The position numbers were made by a program, and so were the translations under genes. This document shows positions 43,850-54,833 of a stretch of DNA of 64,000 bases, in pieces. Each line of letters begins with the position of its first letter. Position 1 is the first letter of the stretch. The stretch is from an uncultured Planctomycetaceae bacterium (lineage in GTDB: Bacteria > Planctomycetota > Planctomycetia > Planctomycetales > Planctomycetaceae): positions 192,001 through 256,000 of the forward strand of contig CAWFAK010000007.1 of NCBI GenBank assembly GCA_963813715.1, written 5' to 3'. The notes under the pieces are model-generated. The model was not told the DNA's origin and made no database searches. It saw nothing but the letters and a program-made list of their open reading frames with translations.

Positions 43850-44671
43850 ATGAAGACAAATGGAACACCTCGAGACGACAGCGCGGCAAGCGGGCCGAAC
43901 GGCACGCTCGGTCCGGATGCCGAATGGTCCGCGCTGCGTTACGTGCTGGGCGAAATGACGGCCGCCGAGGCGGACGCCTTCGAGCAGACCTTGGCGAGCG
44001 ACCCGCAGGCCTGCGAGCAAGTCGCCGCGGCGACCCGCCTGACGAACACGGTTTACAGTGTCCTCGCTACCGAGGAGCCGATTGACAACGTCCTCGCTAC
44101 CGAGGAGCCGATTGACGACGTCCTCGCTACCGACGATCGAAACACGGTCCTCGCAGCCGAGCTCTCGGGCCAGGCGCCAAACGGAGTCGGAATGCCTCAG
44201 TCCGCCCGACCCACTCCGGTTGTTGTGCCGGCCCGCTCGGTGCGAGGCCCACAAGTGCGCAGCGGACAGTGGGCCATCGTCGGCCTGGCGGCCGCGGTCT
44301 GTGTGGTCGTCGCCGGCGGCCTGAGCTGGCTGTCGGCCCCGAACACTCCGCAGGACGCCACGGCGTTGGACCGCGCGGACGGTGCGGGCTCACTCGTCGC
44401 CATGTGGACTGAGCAGTCGGCCGAGGCCGCGGAAGAATCGTCGACGACGGGAGCGGTCGCTGGCGAACATGCGAACGCGGACGAAACCGTGGCATTGTCA
44501 GAGGGAGTGGGAGTGGCCGTCGCCGACGCCGACGATCTCAATGGCACGGACGAGGACGAAGTGCTGATTGCCGACGACGATTACAACGTTCCCGGCTGGA
44601 TGATCGCGGCCGTCGACAACAGTCACAGCTTCACCCCCGGCAATCCATCGATGGACGTGCAGGAGAACTGA
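43850..44671 (+). CDS. Probable single-TM anti-sigma factor
   Basis: RYVLGEM..EADAFE..L anti-sigma-like N-terminus and one TM helix, directly after the ECF gene. Confidence 0.75.
   Translation: MKTNGTPRDDSAASGPNGTLGPDAEWSALRYVLGEMTAAEADAFEQTLASDPQACEQVAAATRLTNTVYSVLATEEPIDNVLATEEPIDDVLATDDRNTVLAAELSGQAPNGVGMPQSARPTPVVVPARSVRGPQVRSGQWAIVGLAAAVCVVVAGGLSWLSAPNTPQDATALDRADGAGSLVAMWTEQSAEAAEESSTTGAVAGEHANADETVALSEGVGVAVADADDLNGTDEDEVLIADDDYNVPGWMIAAVDNSHSFTPGNPSMDVQEN
44060..44161 (+). repeat. In-frame 30-bp tandem repeat
   Basis: GTCCTCGCTACCGAGGAGCCGATTGAC(A/G)AC twice plus degenerate units, encoding VLATEEPIDN/VLATEEPIDD/VLATDDRNT/VLAAE. Confidence 0.85.
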
Positions 44672-44674
44672 TTG

Positions 44675-45547
44675 ATGCCGGCGTTTCGTGGTTTTCTTGT
44701 CGCTTTGTCCGCAGCCTTCGTGATCGTCGGCGTGGCCAGCCTGAACGCTCGGGCCGGCGATCCGCCCACGAACGCCAACGGGCAGGCGGCAACCGGCAAA
44801 TCGACCACCGACAAGAATGGCGCCGACAAGACGAACGTCGGCAAAACAGGGGCCGACAAATCGACGAACGGCAAATCGCCGGCCACGAGCCAAGTGGGCA
44901 AATCTGCCGCGGCAAAAAAAACCAACGTCCGACCCCCTGCCCCGCTCTCGGCGGAACGTGAGGCGGCCGCGCTCGCCTTTGGCCGAGCGCATCATCCCGA
45001 ATTAGCCGCGTTGATCGACAAGCTGCATCGCGACAATCGTCGGGACTATGACCGTGCGATCCGAGAGCTGTCGCAAGCGTGCGAGCGATTGACGCGGCTT
45101 AAAAAACAATCGGCCGAGCAGTACGAGCTGTCGCTGGCCGCCTGGAAACTCGATTCGCGGGCCCAACTGCTGGCCGCCCGCCTGACGATCTCGCAGACGC
45201 CGGCGCTCGAGGCCGAGCTGAAGCAAGTTCTGGCTGACCGGGCCGACGTGCGACTGAAGGAATTCAAGTTCGAGCAAGCCCGTCTGCAAGACCGGCTGAC
45301 CAAGGTCAAGGCTTCGATTCAGGCCCTGGAGAGCGACAAGAACGGGCTGGTCGAAAAAGACCTGCTACGCATCAAACGGTCGATCGCTAGCCGCCGCCGT
45401 CCCGCAAAACCCGCCAACAAGTCCGCCATCGCCTCGAAGGCTCCCGTGACCGAACCGCCGCGGCCCCCGGCCGTCCCGACCACCGCAGCTTCGGTCACTC
45501 CGCCTGCCGACGCGTCAGCGGCTTCCCGCACCAATAAACAGCAATAG
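44675..45547 (+). CDS. Secreted helical hypothetical protein
   Basis: Signal peptide, low-complexity linker, coiled-coil core; 3 nt after the anti-sigma stop. Confidence 0.75.
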   Translation: MPAFRGFLVALSAAFVIVGVASLNARAGDPPTNANGQAATGKSTTDKNGADKTNVGKTGADKSTNGKSPATSQVGKSAAAKKTNVRPPAPLSAEREAAALAFGRAHHPELAALIDKLHRDNRRDYDRAIRELSQACERLTRLKKQSAEQYELSLAAWKLDSRAQLLAARLTISQTPALEAELKQVLADRADVRLKEFKFEQARLQDRLTKVKASIQALESDKNGLVEKDLLRIKRSIASRRRPAKPANKSAIASKAPVTEPPRPPAVPTTAASVTPPADASAASRTNKQQ

Positions 45548-45667
45548 ACCGGCCAGCGCAAACAAACAGTCGAAATCCATCCGCTCTAGTGAAGCGTTCG
45601 CGACGGACAACCAACCCGCCTGCTGCAAGCCACAGGCGGCCGAAAAGGATCAGGGGGACGAGCAGAC

Positions 45668-48600
45668 ATGATCGCACTGGCCAGGATCGCACGGGGGATA
45701 GCCGCGCGAATTACGATCATTGCCCTCGGAGTTGTCGGCCTTTCAGCCGGCGCGGCGATCTGTGCGCCGTCGCCCAATACACCGGCCAGCAGTGACGCTT
45801 CGAAGCCCGCGGTTGCCGCCACGACGTCGAAATCATCTGACGCCGCGCCGCTTGCTCCAGCCGCCGTCGCCAAGACGCAGTCCAAAAAGGACGAAAAGCC
45901 GCTCGAGCCGATTTCCAAGCGGTTTGCCGCGGCCATCAGCCGGGAGACGCCCTCGTTTCAACGGCACGTCACGCCCCTGTTGGGCAAGCTCGGCTGCAAC
46001 GGCCGGGCTTGTCACGGTTCGTTCCAGGGGCGCGGCGGTTTTCGGCTCTCGCTCTTCGGTTACGACTTCAAGATGGATCACGACGCTCTGATGGCGGGCG
46101 AAGAAGGCCCGCGCGTCAACGTCAAGAACCCCGATGCCAGCCTGATCCTGCAGAAGCCGACGCTCCGCATGGACCACGAAGGGGGCAAGCGTTACGAGCT
46201 GGGGAGCTGGGAACATCACGTTCTGTTGAAGTGGATTCAAAGCGGTGCCCCGGGCGTCAAACCGGGCGACCCGACCTTGGCCCGGCTGGAAGTGCGGCCG
46301 GCCGAAATTCGCTTCGCCAAGAAAGGCGAAAAAGTCGCTCTGCGGGCCATCGCTCACTGGACCGACGGCACCAGCGAAGACGTCACTCCGCTGTGCCGCT
46401 ACCAATCGAACGACGAGCAAATTGCCAAGATCGACACCAACGGCCAAGTGACCGCGGTCGAGCCGGGCGATTCGCATGTCGTCGCGTTTTACGATGCCGG
46501 CGTCACGCCCGTCCCGGTGATGCAGCCGGTGTCGGACGTGGTCGGCAACAAGTATCCCGACGTTCCCACGCCGACCGAGATCGACCGCCTGGTCGTGCAA
46601 AAACTCCGCAAGCTGGGGATCGTGCCGTCGGACGTCTGCACCGACGCCGAGTATCTCCGCCGGGTGAGCCTGGACCTGACGGGCACCCTGCCGACGGCCG
46701 ACGAGGTCGTGAAATTCCTGGCCGACAAGTCGCCCGAGAAGCGGCACAAGAAGGTCGACGAGCTGCTCGAGCGGCCGACGTACGTCGCCTGGTGGACCAC
46801 TCGTTTGTGCGACCTCACCGGCAACACGGACCGGTCGCTGGCCAACATCACTCCCGTCAACACGAAGATCGCCAGCGAAGAATGGTACGACTGGATCGAG
46901 AAACGCGTCCGCCAGAACGTCCCCTACGACAAGCTTGTCGCAGGCATCGTGCTGGCGACCAGCCGTCCGCTCGGCCAGACCTACACCGAATACTCCGACG
47001 AGATGACGGCCCTCTACCGCAAGACGCCGGCAGGCAATTATGCCGACCATCCGGGGCTGACGCATTTCTGGGCGCGGCGCAACATCGGCCAACCGGCGCA
47101 GAAGGCCCTGAGCTTTGCGTACACGTTCCTGGGAATTCGGATCCAGTGTGCCGAGTGTCACAAGCATCCGTTCGACCAGTGGACGCAGGACGACTACAAG
47201 GACTTCACCAAGTTCTTCACTCGCGTGCGTTACGGGACCAATCCGGAAGATGCGGCGGAGCGCAAAGAACTCAATGACTCGCTGCACCTCGACGCGAAGA
47301 AGCTCGTCGACATTCGCCGCGAGTATCCGCGACTGATCGCCGAGGGGAAAACACTCCCCTTCGATGAGCTGTTCGTCGCGCCGCTGCGAACGCGCGGCTC
47401 GCTGATGGCCCAACGGCCGGGCGCCTTGCGTCCGCAAGCGAAAGGCAAAGCGAAAGCGAAGGACGCCAAAGGCACGAAGGCCAAGATGGCCGACGCCAGC
47501 CGTCCGCGAAAACCGCTCGCCGCCCAGAGGCCGCAGGCCGCAGGCAAAACCACGAAGCCGATCGTCGCCCAGCGCGACGACAAGAAGACCGCCGACGGAA
47601 AGTCGGGCCAGACCGCCAAGAACGACCCCGCGAAGAACGACGCCAAGTCGCCGACGAAAAAGCCGGGCGAGCGCAAGCCCCTCGTCGCACTGCGTCCGGG
47701 ACAAAAACCGCCGGCAGCCAACGTCGCCAAGCGGAGGCAGCCGCAACCGATTCAGGATGGCACCGCCCGCCTGTTGGGCGCCGGCGTGGTCGACCTCACC
47801 AAGTACGACGATCCGCGGACTCCGCTGATGGATTGGCTGCGAGCGAAGAACAATCGCTTCTTTGCCCGCGCGTTCGTCAACCGCGTGTGGGCCAACTACT
47901 TCAACGTCGGCATCGTCAACCCGCCCGACGATCTCAGCCTGTCCAATCCGCCCAGCAACGCCGCGCTGCTCGACTACCTTGCCAACGGCTTCATCAAGCA
48001 CAACTACGACATGAAGTGGCTGCATCGCGAAATCACCAGCAGCCGCACCTACCAGATGAGCTGGAAGCCCAACGCGACCAATCGGCTCGACCAGCGGAAC
48101 TTCAGCCACGCCGTGCTGCGTCGGTTGCCGGCGGAGGTGGCCTACGACGCCGTTCGCCAGGCCACGTCCTCTGATCAGGCGGTGGCGGGCATGCAAGCCG
48201 ACTGCAGCGACCGGGCGATCGGCATCGCAGGAACCACGCGTCGCGGCGGCCGGGCGATTTCGCCCTACGCCCTGGGACTGTTCGGCCGCTCGGTCCGCGA
48301 GACCAACTGCGACTGCGACCGCTCGAACGAGCCGAGCCTGTTGCAGACTGTCTTCCTGCGAAATGACAACGAGATGCTGTCGCTCGTCAGCAATCCGCGA
48401 ACCGGCTGGATCGCCCAGATCGCCTCGGAACTGCAACCGAAGCCGACCGGCAAGCCCCGCCCCGCCGCGAAGAAGCCCTCCGGCACCGCGAAAATGGCGG
48501 CGTCGAACAAAGACGTCTCCAAGAAAGACATCGTTAAGAAAGACACTCTCAAGCAGCAGCCGGCGAACGACGGTGTGAAAACGGTCCTCGCCAAGAACGA

Positions 48601-49075
48601 CACGACCACGCCAGATACCACTAAGAAAGACATCGCAAAGAAAGACCCGGTCAAGAAAGACGCCGCCAAGAAGGACGCGAAGAACGTCGGCGACCCCAAC
48701 GGCGAAATGCTCACGCCGGAGCAGAAGGCGCGGCGGATCGCACAGATCACGGCCCGGCTGCAAAAGGCGCAGGAAGCCGGCGACGCGCGTCAGGTCAAGC
48801 TGATCACGCTGCGGCTCGAAGAGGTCAAGCGTCTGCCCACGAAGGCACGTCCCGCCGCCGCGCCCATCGGCGTGATGAAACCGTCGCAGCTCGCCCTCTC
48901 CAAGAAGAAGGATCTGATCCGCACGGTCTACCTGCGAACGCTGAGCCGGTATCCCAAGGACCAGGAATCGGATCGGGCGCTCGCCTACCTCAACAGCTCC
49001 GACAACGTCTTTAGCGGCCTCCGCGACGTGGTGTGGGCCGTCGTCAACACCGAAGAATTCATCGTCAATCACTAG
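45668..49075 (+). CDS. DUF1549/DUF1553 protein with Ig-like (Big_2) domain
   Basis: GCNGRACHGS, EYLRRVSLDLTGTLP, IQCAECHKHPFD, FVNRVWANYF, RETNCDCDRS, NTEEFIVNH. Confidence 0.92.
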   Translation: MIALARIARGIAARITIIALGVVGLSAGAAICAPSPNTPASSDASKPAVAATTSKSSDAAPLAPAAVAKTQSKKDEKPLEPISKRFAAAISRETPSFQRHVTPLLGKLGCNGRACHGSFQGRGGFRLSLFGYDFKMDHDALMAGEEGPRVNVKNPDASLILQKPTLRMDHEGGKRYELGSWEHHVLLKWIQSGAPGVKPGDPTLARLEVRPAEIRFAKKGEKVALRAIAHWTDGTSEDVTPLCRYQSNDEQIAKIDTNGQVTAVEPGDSHVVAFYDAGVTPVPVMQPVSDVVGNKYPDVPTPTEIDRLVVQKLRKLGIVPSDVCTDAEYLRRVSLDLTGTLPTADEVVKFLADKSPEKRHKKVDELLERPTYVAWWTTRLCDLTGNTDRSLANITPVNTKIASEEWYDWIEKRVRQNVPYDKLVAGIVLATSRPLGQTYTEYSDEMTALYRKTPAGNYADHPGLTHFWARRNIGQPAQKALSFAYTFLGIRIQCAECHKHPFDQWTQDDYKDFTKFFTRVRYGTNPEDAAERKELNDSLHLDAKKLVDIRREYPRLIAEGKTLPFDELFVAPLRTRGSLMAQRPGALRPQAKGKAKAKDAKGTKAKMADASRPRKPLAAQRPQAAGKTTKPIVAQRDDKKTADGKSGQTAKNDPAKNDAKSPTKKPGERKPLVALRPGQKPPAANVAKRRQPQPIQDGTARLLGAGVVDLTKYDDPRTPLMDWLRAKNNRFFARAFVNRVWANYFNVGIVNPPDDLSLSNPPSNAALLDYLANGFIKHNYDMKWLHREITSSRTYQMSWKPNATNRLDQRNFSHAVLRRLPAEVAYDAVRQATSSDQAVAGMQADCSDRAIGIAGTTRRGGRAISPYALGLFGRSVRETNCDCDRSNEPSLLQTVFLRNDNEMLSLVSNPRTGWIAQIASELQPKPTGKPRPAAKKPSGTAKMAASNKDVSKKDIVKKDTLKQQPANDGVKTVLAKNDTTTPDTTKKDIAKKDPVKKDAAKKDAKNVGDPNGEMLTPEQKARRIAQITARLQKAQEAGDARQVKLITLRLEEVKRLPTKARPAAAPIGVMKPSQLALSKKKDLIRTVYLRTLSRYPKDQESDRALAYLNSSDNVFSGLRDVVWAVVNTEEFIVNH

Positions 49076-49170
49076 AGCGACGCTCTCGAAGACGACTCAC
49101 GAGAGCGAGACAAAAACCGACGGCAACCGCACACCAGCCTCACGAATCAATCAGGAAAGGAACACAATCG

Positions 49171-50493
49171 ATGGCCATCAACCTCACGTGCGACGGGATC
49201 AGTCGACGCGACTTTCTCACCGTCGGCGCCTTGGGCACCGGCTTGACCCTGGCCGGCTACCTGCGGCTGTCGGCCGCGGCCGAGCTGTCGCCCCATAAAG
49301 AGCAGTCGCGGAAGCTGAAGGGCCGCGCCAAGTCGGCCATTTTCATCAACCTGGGCGGCGGTCCTTCCCATACCGACACCTTCGACCTCAAGCCGACGGC
49401 GCCGACCGAATACCGGGGCACGTTCAATCCCATCCCCACGGCCGCGGCCGGCGTGCAGATCTGCGAGCACCTGCCGAAGATGGCCAAGAGCTTCGGGCAC
49501 TTCGCCCTGTTGCGAAGCATCACGCACACGCTGGCGGCCCACGAGCTGGGCACGCTTTACGTCAACTCGGGGAACCGGCCGATCAACTCGCTCGATTTTC
49601 CCAGCTTCGGAGCCGTCGTCAGCAAGGAGATGCCCGGCCGTCGCGACCTGCCTCCGTTTGTGGCGATTCCGAATACGCCCCAGCGGACCGGCTTCCTCGG
49701 CGTGCAGTACTCGGCCCTCAGCACCAGCGACATTCCGAAGCCGGGCAAGCCCTTCGGCGTGCGGGGCATTTCGCTCGGCAACGGGCTGACCGTGGCCGAC
49801 GTCGAAAAGCGGCAGCACCTGCTGGCCGATCTCGATAAGACGTTCCGCAGCGTCGACACCAAGAGCACGCTCTTGGACGGGCTCGACCGGTTCGGACGCC
49901 AGGCTTACGAGATCATCACGTCGAAGCGGGCCCGCGAAGCGTTCGACGTCAGCCGCGAGTCGCCCGCCTTCTGCACTCCGTACGGCAAAACGCCGTTCGG
50001 CATGAGCTGCCTGTTGGCGACGCGGCTGGTCGAGTCGGGCGTTCGGTTCGTGACCATCAACTACGGCGGCTGGGACACGCACTTCGACAACTGGAACGTG
50101 CTTGCCAAGAAGCAGCTGCCGCCGCTCGACGAAGGTCTCAGTGCGCTCGTCAATGGCCTCGAGTCGAAGGGCCTGCTCGACTCGACCGTGATCCTGATGA
50201 CGGGCGAATTCGGCCGCACGCCCAAGATCAACCCGCAGCGGGCCGGCCGCGACCACTACCCGCGAGCCATGTCGATGGTGATGGCCGGCGGCGGAATTCG
50301 CGGTGGCCAGGTGATCGGCGCCACGGACGAAAAAGGCACCGAGCCGACGCGCGACGCCCATGCTCCGGACGACGTCGCGGCGACGTTCTACACCGCGCTG
50401 GGCATCAACCCGACCAAGGAATACCACACCAACACGGGTCGCCCGGTGATGATCGTCCGCGAAGGCACGCCGATCGACAAGCTGCTCGCCTGA
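49171..50493 (+). CDS. DUF1501 protein, Tat-like
   Basis: CDGISRRDFL, GGPSHTDTFDLKP, GWDTH, GEFGRTPKIN..RDHYP. Confidence 0.93.
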   Translation: MAINLTCDGISRRDFLTVGALGTGLTLAGYLRLSAAAELSPHKEQSRKLKGRAKSAIFINLGGGPSHTDTFDLKPTAPTEYRGTFNPIPTAAAGVQICEHLPKMAKSFGHFALLRSITHTLAAHELGTLYVNSGNRPINSLDFPSFGAVVSKEMPGRRDLPPFVAIPNTPQRTGFLGVQYSALSTSDIPKPGKPFGVRGISLGNGLTVADVEKRQHLLADLDKTFRSVDTKSTLLDGLDRFGRQAYEIITSKRAREAFDVSRESPAFCTPYGKTPFGMSCLLATRLVESGVRFVTINYGGWDTHFDNWNVLAKKQLPPLDEGLSALVNGLESKGLLDSTVILMTGEFGRTPKINPQRAGRDHYPRAMSMVMAGGGIRGGQVIGATDEKGTEPTRDAHAPDDVAATFYTALGINPTKEYHTNTGRPVMIVREGTPIDKLLA

Positions 50494-50519
50494 CGCGAAA
50501 CGCAGCTCTAGAAAACTCG

Positions 50520-50558
50520 AAAGCACACTGGCAGCCCCTCCGCCAGTGTGCTTTTTTT
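50520..50558 (+). terminator. Intrinsic terminator of the ECF-DUF1501 cluster
   Basis: AAAGCACACTGGC-agcccctcc-GCCAGTGTGCTTT followed by more Ts. Confidence 0.85.
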
Positions 50559-50753
50559 GCGTCGTTGCTCGAGGCGATTCCACGACGCCGCGAACGGAGC
50601 GGTCTTCGAGCCGCGGGATCCGCTCCTTGCGTGCAAAATTTCGCGGGCACTATAATCGCTGGCTGACCGTGGTGTCTGGTGCGAACGCAGCCCGCAGTCC
50701 GTTCAGTTGTTCGGTTGTTTCAGCCTTCGATCGATTTCAGGGGGAACCCCACG

Positions 50754-51152
50754 GTGCTCGTGCGGATGGAACTGGCGCGGATCGTCATCAGTGACATTAG
50801 CAGCGAGCAGATCATTTACCTGCGCGAAGTCGATGGGTCACGCACCTTCCCGATCCTGATCGGCCTCTTCGAGGCGACCAGCATCGACCGCCGCGTGAAG
50901 GGCGAAGTCCCCACCCGCCCGCTGACGCACGACCTGCTCAAAAACACCATCCAGGAGCTGGGCGGCGAAGTGCAGGACGTGGTGATCAACAACCTGATGG
51001 ATCACACGTATTACGCGGTCCTGCGGGTCCGCGTGAACGGCGAAGTGATCGAGATCGACAGCCGCCCCAGCGACGCCATCGCCCTCTCAGTCCACTTCGA
51101 CCCGGTGCTGCCGATCTACGTCGAAGACTCAGTCCTAGGCGAAGTCGCCTAG
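50754..51152 (+). CDS. Bifunctional nuclease family protein (DUF151)
   Basis: PILIGLFEA, RPLTHDL, IDSRPSDAIAL. Confidence 0.92.
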   Translation: MLVRMELARIVISDISSEQIIYLREVDGSRTFPILIGLFEATSIDRRVKGEVPTRPLTHDLLKNTIQELGGEVQDVVINNLMDHTYYAVLRVRVNGEVIEIDSRPSDAIALSVHFDPVLPIYVEDSVLGEVA

Positions 51153-51385
51153 CCGCCAATGGCCCGCCAATGGCGGTTTCGTGCGGGCTAGCCGCGTGGA
51201 CGTCAGTAAAAATGTCACGCGGATAGCGGGAAGAAAAGTGACCGCGTGCGGCTTTGCGCGGCTATCAGGGGAGGGCTCAATGGTGCCGGGATGCAGGAGA
51301 CGCTTCGTCGAGCGTTACGACGTGCCCGACACGATGAATCATCCGGCGGCGGCCATGACCTGGAAATGACACGGCGATCAGATCG

Positions 51386-51859
51386 ATGGGCCACGCGATA
51401 AACGCGATCGTTTTCGGAACGGCCGTGAAGGACGCGATCCTTGCGGAGATTCCGCATGCCAGGGTGACCTCGCTTAGCAAAGGGCTCTTTCTCGTGCCCA
51501 ACACCGATGCGCTGTTTGATGCACTGAGGGAACAATACCCAAACGTTGAGGACGCCAATCGCGAGATTTTTTGGAAGTTGTCAGGTCTGCTCGCGCTCGT
51601 TCTCGAACGCGCGTCGATCCACGGACCAATCGCCTACATAGAAACCGACTATTTCGGAGGCGCAGGTACTCAAGCGGCGGCAGTTTGGCGGGATGGCCGG
51701 GTGCTCATGTCACCCGCGAAAGCGCGGCGCGGACCGATCAACCGAGCTCTTCGACACCTCGGAGTCCGATTCACATGGCCGCGCGACGTCCAGGCAGTCG
51801 GACTTCATCGCTACCGAACGAACGATGATTGGCTTGCAGCCGACGAATCGGATGTTTGA
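51386..51859 (+). CDS. Hypothetical protein
   Basis: Globular-looking ORF with YIETDYFGGAGTQAAAVW and PINRALRHLGV motifs. Confidence 0.7.
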   Translation: MGHAINAIVFGTAVKDAILAEIPHARVTSLSKGLFLVPNTDALFDALREQYPNVEDANREIFWKLSGLLALVLERASIHGPIAYIETDYFGGAGTQAAAVWRDGRVLMSPAKARRGPINRALRHLGVRFTWPRDVQAVGLHRYRTNDDWLAADESDV

Positions 51860-51866
51860 GCAGCCT

Positions 51867-53087
51867 TCATTTTTGCGGTTCGACAGCGTGGCCGGCGCGT
51901 TTGACGAGCGCGATTTCCACTTCAACCGCCGCCCGGGCCGCGCTTTCGCCTCCCTGGTTGATGCCGATCAAAATCGCCCGGTTCTCGGCCGGGCGGAGCG
52001 AAATGACCGCGTACCACATCGTGTTGCTGCCGGCGTGAGTGAGTCTGACGCCGCGCGACCCGGGTCGCTCGATCACGCCCCACCCCATCGCGTATTTGGC
52101 CCCGCTCTTGTCGATCGGTCCGCCGAACGGTGTGTGCAAGCGGCGGAGCGACTCGGCGGACACCAGCGGCTTCAGCCCTGCATCAACCAGTTCGTGCCGG
52201 TTTGCCGGCTCGGCTGACAGATGCAGCGTGGCAAATCGCGCCCAATCAGCCAGTGTCAGATGGACGCGCCCGGCCGGGCCGAAGCATGGGGGATTATCGG
52301 CATCGGGGCCAGGTTTCACGGCTTCGCCAGTCGGCAAATGGCCCCACGGCTGGTCGATGGGCGGCGAACCCGAATGTTTCTTCGATTCGAGCGAAACTCC
52401 CGGCGGTCCAAAACCCGCATGATCCATTCCCAGCGGCTTGAACACCCGCTCGAGCATGAGGTCTTCCCACGACTCGTCGCCGACGACCTCTGCCATCGCT
52501 CCCGCGATGATGTAGCCGGTATTCGAATACAAGAAATTCGTTCCTGGGTCGTGTAGCGGTGGACTGTGCAAGACCGCGCGGGAGACACGGAACCGTTGTT
52601 CTCGAGGTGATTGCGCCGACACGCTGACGAGCGTTTGCTCGTCCGGATTGGGCCGCACTCCAGCTCGATGCGTCAGAAGTTCTTCGAGGGTGACGCGGTT
52701 CCACGCCGGGTCGATGTCTTTGATGCCCCGTTTCGCAAAGACTTCGACCGGCGTGCTGTTCCAGCGAAGCTTGCCTTCTTCGATCAGGACCGCGATCAAC
52801 GTCGCCGTGATGCTCTTGGTGTCGGAGCCGATGTGGAACAGATCGTCGACCGTCACTTTTTCGGGATGTCCCTGACAGCGCACGCCGGCCGCGCCGAGAG
52901 CCGTGATCTTGCCTCCCTCGACGACGGCCGCCGCCATGCCCGGCAGCTTGTGCTTCTTCACGCTCTCAGCCAAGAGACGCGATAGATCGTCGACGGCCGT
53001 GCCGGCAGGTTCAGCCGCCCGCGCAACAAGCGCGCACGAGTTCGCCAGAATTATGACGAGCACGAACGCGAGCGGACGACAAGGCAT
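51867..53087 (-). CDS. Secreted serine hydrolase, beta-lactamase class C-like
   Basis: FHIGSDTK (SxxK), LLTHRAG, YSN, HAGS; signal peptide. Confidence 0.9.
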   Translation of the reverse strand: MPCRPLAFVLVIILANSCALVARAAEPAGTAVDDLSRLLAESVKKHKLPGMAAAVVEGGKITALGAAGVRCQGHPEKVTVDDLFHIGSDTKSITATLIAVLIEEGKLRWNSTPVEVFAKRGIKDIDPAWNRVTLEELLTHRAGVRPNPDEQTLVSVSAQSPREQRFRVSRAVLHSPPLHDPGTNFLYSNTGYIIAGAMAEVVGDESWEDLMLERVFKPLGMDHAGFGPPGVSLESKKHSGSPPIDQPWGHLPTGEAVKPGPDADNPPCFGPAGRVHLTLADWARFATLHLSAEPANRHELVDAGLKPLVSAESLRRLHTPFGGPIDKSGAKYAMGWGVIERPGSRGVRLTHAGSNTMWYAVISLRPAENRAILIGINQGGESAARAAVEVEIALVKRAGHAVEPQK

Positions 53088-53203
53088 GCGGAATCGCTCC
53101 CAGCGATGAAGAGACAGGATCATTCGAGACGGGCTAGTGTTGAACCGATCTAAAATGATGGGTGCCATGCACCCAACCTATGAATTCAGGGGGGATCGCA
53201 CAA

Positions 53204-54154
53204 CTAATTGCATTCCGCCACCAGCGGACCAGCCAGTTCCTGCAGAATGAAGAGGCGCCCCGGCTGCGTCGGCATGTAAGTCGACGGAATCCACGGAGTC
53301 GGCTCGTGCCGCAGCGTCATCCACACGCTCAGGCCCTGCCACATCATGCCGCGGCCAAACGTGCCGTCGCAACCGCCGATGATGCGGTCGGCCCCCAGAA
53401 ACAGGGCCGGGCCGATCGTGTTGGCAAAGGCCGGCACGAGCGTGGTGCGGCTCTTGAAACTGGTCAGCGCGTTCTGTTCGACCGTCAGCGGATGCAGCCG
53501 CGCGCCCAACCGATGCGTCTGCCGTTTCCACTCTTCCTCGCTGGCGAACTCGGCCGCGAAGTGCGGCTCCCAAAAGGCGATGTGGCACACGCGACCGATG
53601 CCGAAGATCACGGCCAGCTTCGCCCCCTGCTTCCGCAGCGCGGCGATCTGCTCGGCGTACTCCGGCAGCTGGCTCTTGGTGGCGAAATGGCGTTGGCTCT
53701 TCGGCACCGTGCCCGTTCCGAGCGGCCCGTAGAACGCGGCTTCCATCGCGTGCTCGAACGATCCCGGATGGCTGGCCGGCAGCGAATTGCCGGCGGCGTC
53801 GCTCCATTCGTCCATGTTGAAGCCGTGCACGTGATCACAGGGCACGCCCCACTCAGTGAGGAAATAGATGACCCAGCGATACATGCCCATCGGCCCGACC
53901 GGCAGGATCAGCGCCAGCTTCTCGCCCGCGTCGCGGCTGCGCTTGATGGTGAGCGCAATCTCGTGCCCCATCAGCGTCTCGAAGTCCGCCAGCGACTGGC
54001 AGAGGACCGGCTGGAAATCCTTATGCCAGGCCGGCTGCCGCGCCGTGAGGCGGCCCGGATCGGCATCGACGCAGGCGTCGATTTTTTTCAGGTCCCAGCC
54101 GGTGGGCAAAAAGCCCTCCATCAGCGACCCGGCAATTGTTGAGAGCAAATCCAT
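53204..54154 (-). CDS. Glucosamine-6-phosphate isomerase/deaminase-like (NagB-fold) protein
   Basis: [26 protein letters not shown] resemble NagB/6PGL motifs. Confidence 0.75.
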   Translation of the reverse strand: MDLLSTIAGSLMEGFLPTGWDLKKIDACVDADPGRLTARQPAWHKDFQPVLCQSLADFETLMGHEIALTIKRSRDAGEKLALILPVGPMGMYRWVIYFLTEWGVPCDHVHGFNMDEWSDAAGNSLPASHPGSFEHAMEAAFYGPLGTGTVPKSQRHFATKSQLPEYAEQIAALRKQGAKLAVIFGIGRVCHIAFWEPHFAAEFASEEEWKRQTHRLGARLHPLTVEQNALTSFKSRTTLVPAFANTIGPALFLGADRIIGGCDGTFGRGMMWQGLSVWMTLRHEPTPWIPSTYMPTQPGRLFILQELAGPLVAECN

Positions 54155-54176
54155 GTCGGCCTCCGGCGGGGATCAG

Positions 54177-54208
54177 GTCCAAAGTCCAAGGTCCAAAGTC
54201 CAAAGTCT
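54177..54208. repeat. 7-bp tandem repeat (GTCCAAA/G)x4
   Basis: gtccaaa gtccaag gtccaaa gtccaaa gtc. Confidence 0.8.
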
Positions 54209-54833
54209 GGGCGGGAATTGCAACGCAGAACCTGACCGCCGTCGCCATGGTGCGAGCCGAACGCGGACTACGAACGGGAAACCGGACGTGACGATTAGTG
54301 CGATTGTCCCGATCGTGCTACGGAGGATGCCTGGCTCGATTAACTCGGAAGCGCGCAGCCGGCGGCCGATGCTTGTCCGTTTGGTGAACCTCGATCGCCG
54401 GGCCGCGTCACAAAGTTGTCCGCGGAACTCGTCGCGCGACCGGATGAGCGCGCGAATCTGGCCGGTTGCGAAAACTCCACGCGTTCTTTCGATTGCGACC
54501 TATAGTTAAGCGTCGCCGACAGGCGGCAGGCTGCAAGTTCGAGGGGTTCCAGCGTTTTCGAGCGGTGGCTCGATCGCGCGAAAGCAGGTGCGGAAATGCC
54601 GACGGTGTACGCGGACTGGACTTCACAAACGGTCGCATGGCGGAGCGAAGGGGGCGAGCTGGAGGCTGCCACCGAGGATGGGTCGGAGAGCGAGGGCATC
54701 TCGGCGCAGGGTTGGAGATCCTGCGGGTGCTCAACGACGTCTTCAATACGCTGCCGCGCGAAGCGGCCACGCGGTCGCAACGATCCAACCAGGACTGACG
54801 GATCGCGTCAACGCGTTCGACAGGAGCGGAATT

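Noticed and set aside
45833..49072. Very long antisense ORFs (also 5345..7510, 28030..29982, 34677..36431, 49147..50583)
   Set aside because: They are shadows of well-supported genes on the opposite strand, as expected in high-GC DNA, and have no recognisable motifs.
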